A stretch of DNA of 23,729 nucleotides from Amoebophrya sp. A120 (lineage: Eukaryota > Protista > Dinoflagellata). The stretch covers positions 7,847,679-7,871,407 of the forward strand of contig CAJINV010000005.1 of NCBI GenBank assembly GCA_905178155.1, written 5' to 3'. Below are positions 21,501 through 23,729 of this stretch, piece after piece (within the stretch, counting starts at the first letter, position 1; each line of letters starts with the position of its first letter). The notes beneath the pieces are model-generated. The model made no database searches. It worked only from the letters and a program-made list of their open reading frames with translations, and had not been told where the DNA came from. A program made the position numbers and the translations under genes.

Positions 21501-23134
21501 CCGGATTGTCAAACCAGACGTCTCCCGAGTGGAGCACAGTTTCCTCTATGGCGTTCTCAATAGTTACATTCTCAGCTGTTACATGATTTCTCATGCGAAA
21601 TTACCTCAAGAATCGACACCATCAAGCTGCTTTGCATGACAAATTCTCGAGGAGCCAAACAGGCTGAGAATCTGTGCCAAATCTGTCATGCAAGACTCGC
21701 AAGGTCCTCCCCCCGTTCACTTTTTCTATTCTTGCGCCCCAAATTCATGTAACAGCTCAGAATGTAACAGTTGAGAACGCCATATCCTCTACGAAGTCGT
21801 TATGGAGCGCTATTTTGTTGATGCACACGCCATCCTCGTTGCTGTGGCGCACCCGCAGCGTGGTCACAAAGGTGCCCTGGAAAAGGAAAGTATCCGCGTC
21901 GGAAAAGGTCACATATTTCGTTTGCGACTTGCCGGTAAATTTCACGCTCTTCTGCGATTTTTCGCCCATTTCGTCCCACGCCCACACGTCTACGTTGGCT
22001 GCGGAGTCACTGTGAGCGACGCTGCAGCTGCGCAGCTCGACCACGAGCCCACCATATTGGCCCCCGCCCAAGAAGCCCCAGGCCCCCGCCGCCCCCGGGT
22101 TGCAGGAAGCAGGGACGAGGTTTGCGAGCATCTCTGCGTACTCGGTCGACGTCACGCAACACGTCGCTTTGTTTTGCGCCAGGAAGCCCGTGTCGTCGAT
22201 GGGAGAGCTGCAGAGGCTACTGTAGCAGGACCGGGCCCACGCGTTTGGTTTCCGGACCAGCCCCGCGCCGGCGCAATCGAAATCGCCACAGGAACAGGGA
22301 TAGTGCTTGTCCAAGTTGGAGTTGCCCACGTCGCAATATGTCGATTCCTTCTCTTTGATCGCCGTGCTGGGAGAGGTCGTCCAGCCATACCGATCGGGAC
22401 AGATATTTTCCATGTCGTAGCCGTCGCGGTCATAATGGCTCGTGCAGCCCCACCAGATCACGCTCCGCGATCGCGTTATGCATTCTTGCAAATATTTTTG
22501 TCGATCTAGGTCTGAAAATAAGTTGTGACGCATGGCAATGAATAGAAGCCACACAACTGTAAGTACTTATCTATGCACCTCCACCAAGTCGATGACGAAA
22601 CGCTTTTTTCGTAGCATGACTCCGTGTTCTTGCGTATTCAACGCATGACAAACAGCGTTTCTGCATGACAGAAAAGCGGTGGGCGAGCTCTTGCTGGCGT
22701 TGCAAAAATACAGAGCTCCTCAGTGTCGTGTGCCAACATGCCATACTATCTAGCATGACAAATCTCGTCGCATTCTTCCAGAGGACACAGATCGATAAGT
22801 ATGTGCAATGGATACGTGTTTGGGATAGACTTCCGGCACCGCACGTGTTTCTATAAATGAGTTGTCGTTCTGATTTATAGGTGGATTTGCAAAAGAACCA
22901 AAAACGGTAAAATGCGAAGGATTTACGAAGAAAACGGAACAAGAAAGACAAAGGAGAAAGACTACAACGGCAGCACGTATGAACAAGAACAAATCTATGT
23001 ACTGCGACAGCTCAGATCGCGAAAAGTCAAAAAACAAAATAGAAACTCAGTCCGGGGTAAAAATTCAAATATAGTACTGGAGGCAGGATTCCGCAGACCA
23101 GGAAGACCAGCTACCGTAGCACCAAGTGTAGTCT
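573..23134 (-). CDS. Giant multi-exon Cys-rich extracellular/adhesin-like protein (partial; about 52 exons, about 2,300 aa in window) with TSP1, PLAT/LH2-like, PAN/Apple and Cys-rich repeats
   Basis: Hand-splicing (remove each TAT...ATA element plus 5 nt) joins all inter-element segments into one open frame, e.g. CDSIRN|EKQCCQRRGVC, QCRARM|IPIGEY, GKA|ELWCKDEGEPVEVR|GCIDNC, EQRC|WSKCDSIGC, CSDL|TCPNYYAK|KSG. Only the ~12290-12815 junction is unresolved. The 5' end lies beyond 23134; the 3' end is either TAA at 563-561 or outside the window. Confidence 0.9.
696..844. mobile_element. Introner-like TIR element, family A (TGCAAAAGTATCGTACTCGTA TIR)
   Basis: TAT...ATA ends; DR TTCCG/TTCCG; removal restores the frame. 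Confidence 0.92.
845..1147 (-). CDS. Exon
   Basis: Core of ORF 781-1239: MIPIGEYIAAES...NNCVSRNCDSIRN, joining to EKQCCQRRGVCPG. Confidence 0.8.
1148..1367. mobile_element. Introner-like TIR element, family G (CAGTGCACAACTCCCCCTC TIR)
   Basis: TATG...CATA ends; DR TCATG/TCATG; removal eliminates an in-frame TGA. Confidence 0.92.
1443..1765. mobile_element. Introner-like TIR element, family B (AAAATCCCCCCTCCCCATAT TIR)
   Basis: TAT...ATA; DR GCACT/GCACT. Confidence 0.92.
1800..2078. mobile_element. Introner-like TIR element, family F (TATCCTGAG.AAAAACGTCCCCAC TIR)
   Basis: TAT...ATA; DR TTTTC/TTTCC (1 mismatch); only 5-nt removal keeps the Cys-rich frame. Confidence 0.88.
2079..2317 (-). 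CDS. Exon
   Basis: SGAAILGFSGDG...LAPYPE, joining (5-nt rule) to TGFHEGSKECCEIPTC. Confidence 0.8.
2318..2639. mobile_element. Introner-like element, family B
   Basis: TAT...ATA; DR CGGAC/CGGAC. Confidence 0.92.
2705..2975. mobile_element. Introner-like element, family C (TGCAAATATGTCTGGGTCTGGAA TIR)
   Basis: TAT...ATA; DR CGCCG/CGCCG. Confidence 0.92.
2976..3193 (-). CDS. Exon
   Basis: RSIANDLSDEEFHCGLKG...ENCCRREGPDSQHPLRCGG, joining to VFLYDAIDASG. Confidence 0.8.
3194..3444. mobile_element. Introner-like element, family C
   Basis: TATC...GATA; DR TCCTG/TCCGG (synonymous Arg difference). Confidence 0.9.
3474..3623. mobile_element. Introner-like element, family A
   Basis: TATGCATTGCAAAAGTATCGTACT TIR; DR CCCGG/CCCGG. 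Confidence 0.93.
3671..3934. mobile_element. Introner-like element, family C
   Basis: TAT...ATA; DR CTGCT/CCGCT (synonymous Ala difference). Confidence 0.9.
4086..4399. mobile_element. Introner-like element, family B
   Basis: TATC...GATA; DR TTTTC/TTTTC. Confidence 0.9.
4450..4820. mobile_element. Introner-like element, family C, with an internal ~100-bp insertion
   Basis: TAT...ATA; DR CCGGA/CCGGA; extra sequence at 4499-4598. Confidence 0.9.
4821..5265 (-). CDS. Exon
   Basis: Core of ORF 4757-5329: TVLGDVDQDLCNEMG...ENCKRSCCVKGCRPPEKLAAVTCAASG, joining to LTVQSSFPYDIHWEN. Confidence 0.85.
5266..5536. mobile_element. Introner-like element, family C
   Basis: TATCA...TGATA; DR CGTGT/CGTGT. 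Confidence 0.92.
5607..5860. mobile_element. Introner-like element, family C
   Basis: TATCAAATGCAAA TIR; DR CGCAG/CGCAG. Confidence 0.93.
5919..6175. mobile_element. Introner-like element, family D (long near-perfect TIR)
   Basis: TATAACCCGCTCAGGTGTTACAATCTCAA(G/A)CGTTACAATAGAATCTG at both ends; DR GCTTG/GCTTG. Confidence 0.94.
6176..6474 (-). CDS. Exon
   Basis: Core of ORF 6073-6522: CIAGCYRPGLGG...DLICAEGYKEKVAGQA, joining in frame to PQLLCSGSNQKVQLRGC. Confidence 0.85.
6475..6737. mobile_element. Introner-like element, family C
   Basis: TATCAA...TTGATA; DR CAGCA/CAGCA. Confidence 0.92.
6819..7201. mobile_element. Introner-like element, family F (true length about 285 bp; inflated by the gap duplication)
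   Basis: TATCCTGAGTAAAAACGTACCCACACCAGAGT TIR; DR AGTAG/AGTAG; N at 7105. Confidence 0.9.
7273..7532. mobile_element. Introner-like element, family C
   Basis: TAT...ATA; DR AGCAC/AGCAC. Confidence 0.92.
7615..7934. mobile_element. Introner-like element, family E (TATGG....TCAGGA.CGAAATCGACAAAATCG TIR)
   Basis: TATGG...CCATA; DR GGACG/GGACG. Confidence 0.92.
7998..8258. mobile_element. Introner-like element, family C
   Basis: TATCAACT...AGTTGATA; DR CCGGA/CCGGA. Confidence 0.92.
8351..8639. mobile_element. Introner-like element, family F
   Basis: TATCCTA...TAGGATA; DR AATGA/AATGA. Confidence 0.92.
8865..10211. mobile_element. Nested 1.35-kb TIR element (TAC...GTA ends)
   Basis: About 45-bp imperfect TIR TACCAA(A/GT)GGGAAAA(A)CAC(A/G)GGAAAGGGG.AAAATTCAAAATTTT; perfect 5-bp DR CGTTT at 8860-8864 and 10212-10216. 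Confidence 0.88.
9286..9627 (+). repeat. Dispersed ~95-125-bp spaced repeats inside the nested element
   Basis: TTCCTGTGGATTTG at 9286, 9381, 9508 and 9614; TGCCCCGGTTTTCGGCCAAAA occurs twice. Confidence 0.8.
10437..10749. mobile_element. Introner-like element, family B
   Basis: TATT...AATA; DR CGCAT/CGCAT. Confidence 0.92.
10815..10963. mobile_element. Introner-like element, family A
   Basis: TATCCTGTGCAAAAGTATCG TIR; DR ACTCG/ACTCG. Confidence 0.93.
10964..12285 (-). CDS. PAN/Apple domain split over exons ~12285-12229 and 11168-10964
   Basis: Spliced sequence GKPCILEEDKDMAHYDM(M/T)VGNIESEVACAALCAQEPLCKAVAWA...NECFLKDG shows the CxxxC...C...CxLK Apple/PAN pattern. Confidence 0.8.
11169..12228. 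mobile_element. Atypical 1.06-kb GC-rich intervening sequence interrupting the PAN domain
   Basis: TATG...CATA; DR GTCAT/ATCAT; recessed inverted repeat CAT(G/A)CTTTGTT..CGCCCCC at ~11198-11220 and ~12182-12200; the right end copies exon sequence. Confidence 0.7.
12291..12815 (-). other. AT-rich putative intron; boundaries unresolved
   Basis: The upstream frame (GYDISNWQNACETKKPSTPA) runs into a stop and coding resumes at AGKPCILEED. No TIR or DR pair was found. Confidence 0.5.
12931..13172. mobile_element. Introner-like element, family H (TATGGCGTTCTCAACTGTTAC TIR)
   Basis: TAT...GTA; DR CTGAA/CTGAA. Confidence 0.92.
13219..13374. mobile_element. Introner-like element, family A (inverted orientation)
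   Basis: TAT...ATA; DR AGGGA/AGGGA. Confidence 0.92.
13482..13766. mobile_element. Introner-like element, family C
   Basis: TAT...GTA; DR CATGA/CATGA. Confidence 0.9.
13795..13939. mobile_element. Introner-like element, family A
   Basis: TAT...ATA; DR TTGGC/TTGGC. Confidence 0.92.
14053..14307. mobile_element. Introner-like element, family C (right end ATT)
   Basis: TATC...GATT; DR CGACT/CGACT (extends to TTCGACT). Confidence 0.9.
14308..14625 (-). CDS. Exon, Cys-rich repeat
   Basis: Core of ORF 14154-14606: LAFWCPGSNQPLSVDSTSDCVPKCVCDNG...CPAPGAQNCKTCSR. Confidence 0.85.
14626..14848. mobile_element. Introner-like element, divergent family F
   Basis: TATC...GATA; DR GCGTG/GCGTG. Confidence 0.88.
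14907..15070. mobile_element. Degenerate family-A element
   Basis: TATGC...TGCAAAAGT / ACTTTTGCA...GCATA ends; DR CTCTC/CCCTG; removal gives CCVQGCTEP. Confidence 0.82.
15071..15330 (-). CDS. Exon, Cys-rich repeat
   Basis: Core of ORF 15022-15441: SAQFWCSGVNEPLSLRNCREKC...GRCCVQG. Confidence 0.85.
15331..15636. mobile_element. Introner-like element, family E (inverted relative to 7615 and 16310)
   Basis: TATGG...CCATA; degenerate DR GTTGC/GTACT; frame kept by 5-nt removal. Confidence 0.88.
15718..16033. mobile_element. Introner-like element, family B
   Basis: TATCAAAATGAAAAATCCC TIR; degenerate DR CGAAG/CTTTG; frame kept. Confidence 0.88.
16034..16309 (-). CDS. Exon, Cys-rich repeats (frame absent from the ORF track)
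   Basis: Hand translation: QCAGASCSGSVDQNTCCDAKQACSGFSWCGDLGYYVKRTDHASRYCAKKACTTNNDKDTCCILGCTPP... Confidence 0.88.
16310..16616. mobile_element. Introner-like element, family E
   Basis: TATGG...CCATA; DR CTGGA/CTGGA. Confidence 0.92.
16731..16990. mobile_element. Introner-like element, divergent family G
   Basis: TATGAGA...TCTCATA; DR GAGCA/CTGCA (either copy gives Cys-Ser). Confidence 0.86.
17076..17281. mobile_element. Introner-like element, singleton family I
   Basis: TAT...AGAAAAAAGTT(T/C)GTCAC TIR; DR AAATG/AAATG. Confidence 0.9.
17374..17606. mobile_element. Introner-like element, family F
   Basis: TAT...ATA; DR TTTCG/TTTCG. Confidence 0.92.
17635..17787. mobile_element. Introner-like element, singleton family J
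   Basis: TAT...AAATTTCC(C/T)GTACACG TIR; DR TGAGA/TGAGA. Confidence 0.9.
17788..18145 (-). CDS. Exon, Cys-rich repeats
   Basis: Core of ORF 17684-18208: QYMCPGADQNMQLRGCHEKC...YCAGNSCTKASDKNTCCVKKC...DDQKVCCEEKAKCSDL. Confidence 0.88.
18146..18405. mobile_element. Introner-like element, family C
   Basis: TATCAA...TTGATA; DR ACGTG/ACGTG. Confidence 0.92.
18494..18755. mobile_element. Introner-like element, family C
   Basis: TAT...ATA; DR CCAAC/CCAAC. Confidence 0.92.
18802..18960. mobile_element. Introner-like element, family A
   Basis: TAT...ATA; DR GACCG/GACCG. Confidence 0.9.
19079..19357. mobile_element. Introner-like element, family F (inverted relative to 1800 and 6819)
   Basis: TATCCTG.GTAAAAACGTCCCCACCCCAGAGT TIR; DR ACCTT/ACCTT. 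Confidence 0.93.
19447..19739. mobile_element. Family-C element with both terminal bases altered (GAT...ATG)
   Basis: DR GTCAT/GTCAT, effectively an 11-bp repeat GGTCATGATCA; frame kept (DFMIMT|PTCRK). Confidence 0.88.
19827..20126. mobile_element. Introner-like element, family C
   Basis: TATCAAATGCAA TIR; DR CCGAG/CGGAG (synonymous Ser difference). Confidence 0.9.
20162..20318. mobile_element. Introner-like element, family A
   Basis: TAT...ATA; degenerate DR CGTAG/TGCCG; frame kept. Confidence 0.86.
20374..20619. mobile_element. Introner-like element, family H
   Basis: TATGGCGTTC TIR; degenerate DR TAGTT/TACCA; frame kept. Confidence 0.86.
20620..21095 (-). CDS. Exon, Cys-rich repeat region
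   Basis: VCGTDKWLTTDESKKCASGTCAASDKNTCCETPAC...QYQCPSGGGRLRLFGCKMTC...FRWY; in frame with both neighbours after element removal. Confidence 0.85.
21096..21433. mobile_element. Introner-like element, divergent family E
   Basis: TATGGA...TCCATA; DR CAGAC/CAGAC. Confidence 0.9.
21547..21784. mobile_element. Introner-like element, family H
   Basis: TATGGCGTTCTCAA TIR; DR TCCTC/TCCTC. Confidence 0.93.
21785..22476 (-). CDS. Largest exon: Cys-rich segment followed by a PLAT/LH2-like domain
   Basis: Core of ORF 21757-22554. LVVELRSCSVAHSDSAANVDVWAWDEMGEKS...DTFLF...TTLRVRHSNEDGVCINKIAL, continuing after splicing to VLHSGDVWFDNP, resembles the PLAT pattern. Domain call made by eye. Confidence 0.65.
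22460..23134 (-). CDS. Exons encoding a thrombospondin type-1 (TSP1)-like motif
   Basis: Joining exons 23134-23074, 22851-22815 and 22476 downward gives CYGSWSSWSAESCLQYTCGAGSLSQTRSRSV, matching the WxxWxxC..TCGxG...RxR TSR signature. Confidence 0.8.
22477..22814. mobile_element. Introner-like element, divergent family C
   Basis: TAT...ATA; DR CGCGT/CGTGT (synonymous Thr difference). Confidence 0.86.
22852..23073. other. Decayed or minimal TATA...TATA intron without a family TIR
   Basis: DR GTTTC/GTACT; removal plus 5 nt joins WSSWSAESCLQY to TCGAG, completing the TSP1 motif. Confidence 0.75.
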
Positions 23135-23307
23135 TATGAGAGTGCAGCTGCCCAACTGGTCCCCCTCCCGCTCATTTGAAGCAGGGCATGAACAGCAAGA
23201 CAAGCGTCGGCAAGGATCCAGGTTTAGCACGACAAATTTGGACAACATGATTGTAGTGCTATTTACTGGGCTCTTACCGGAACTACCGGAGCCTGTCATG
23301 CATAATA
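23135..23307. mobile_element. Left part of a family-G element, interrupted near 23307
   Basis: Starts TATGAGAGTGCA and is colinear with 1148-1367 up to GTCATGCATAATA; the right end is outside the window. Confidence 0.75.
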
Positions 23308-23419
23308 TATATAAAAGCAGAGGTTTGCTGGGGTCGCAGGGGTTATTTTTGTCTAGCGTCGGAAGAGCAGAACCGCGGGAGCCAAAGCCCTCCCGTCGGA
23401 GGCTGCGCGGCTTCGCCAC

Positions 23420-23586
23420 TTTGGTACCCTACCCCGATTCGCCTAATTTCATACCCTCACCCGATTCGCCTTCTTTTGTACCCTACCCCGATTTGGCTAA
23501 TTTTGTACCCTCCTCGAATTTCGTACCCTATCCCGATTCGCCTAATTGTGTACCCTAGCCCGACTTGGCAAATTCTGCACTCTAGC
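23420..23586 (+). repeat. 27-bp minisatellite (about 6 units, one shortened to 18 bp)
   Basis: TACCCT recurs at 23425, 23452, 23479, 23506, 23524 and 23551; consensus TTTTGTACCCTACCCCGATTCGCCTAA. Confidence 0.9.
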
Positions 23587-23640
23587 GCGCCCCGGGTAGT
23601 TTTGCAAGCACCTTGCCCCGAAAGGCCTCACCTTGCGCCC

Positions 23641-23729
23641 CCGGGAAGCACGGAAACCGGGAAACACGGAAACCGGGAAACACGGAAACCGGGAAACACG
23701 GAAACCGGGAAACACGGAAACCGGGAAAC
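23641..23729 (+). repeat. 16-bp tandem repeat CCGGGAAACACGGAAA running off the window end
   Basis: About 5.5 near-perfect copies. Confidence 0.95.

Noticed and set aside
833-22509. Recurring peptides in the ORF track (FQTQTYLH, NANMSGSG, CKNVWVWK, GVGTFLLRI) and plus-strand ORFs as genes
   Set aside because: They are translations of the TIRs or antisense shadows of GC-rich exons.
696-22814. CRISPR-like array (recurring repeats with unique spacers)
   Set aside because: The repeats are inverted pairs from many families, spacer lengths vary from 28 to 692 bp and join into a protein ORF, and there are no cas genes.
573-23134. Pseudogene destroyed by MITE insertions
   Set aside because: No stops or frameshifts were found in about 50 exons after rule-based removal, although the elements themselves are clearly diverged; this indicates selection on the exons.
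23641-23729. Telomeric repeat
   Set aside because: The 16-bp unit CCGGGAAACACGGAAA is not a TTAGGG/TTTAGGG-type repeat and lies inside an apparent intron of a gene whose 5' part is still missing.

Overview
This is eukaryotic genomic DNA containing part of one giant minus-strand gene (roughly 2,300 codons in the window; both ends unresolved). The gene encodes a Cys-rich, probably extracellular adhesin-like protein with a TSP1 motif, a PLAT/LH2-like segment, a PAN/Apple domain and many Cys-rich repeats. The coding sequence is split by 50 delimitable insertions from about 10 sequence families, mostly 145-370 bp. Almost all begin TAT and end ATA, most carry family-specific terminal inverted repeats (TIRs), and they sit between 5-bp direct repeats (DRs; 36 perfect, 14 degenerate). 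By hand, removing each element plus exactly 5 nt restores the reading frame at all 50 junctions, and at junctions checked GT-AG cannot be placed. Members of the same family occur in both orientations. This looks like a MITE-derived, orientation-independent, non-canonical intron (introner) system of the kind reported in the parasitic dinoflagellate Amoebophrya; DNA-level excision cannot be excluded from sequence alone. The window also holds a 1.35-kb element nested in one intron, an intron whose end copies exon sequence, one unresolved intron, minisatellites, and an assembly-gap duplication at the N (7105).
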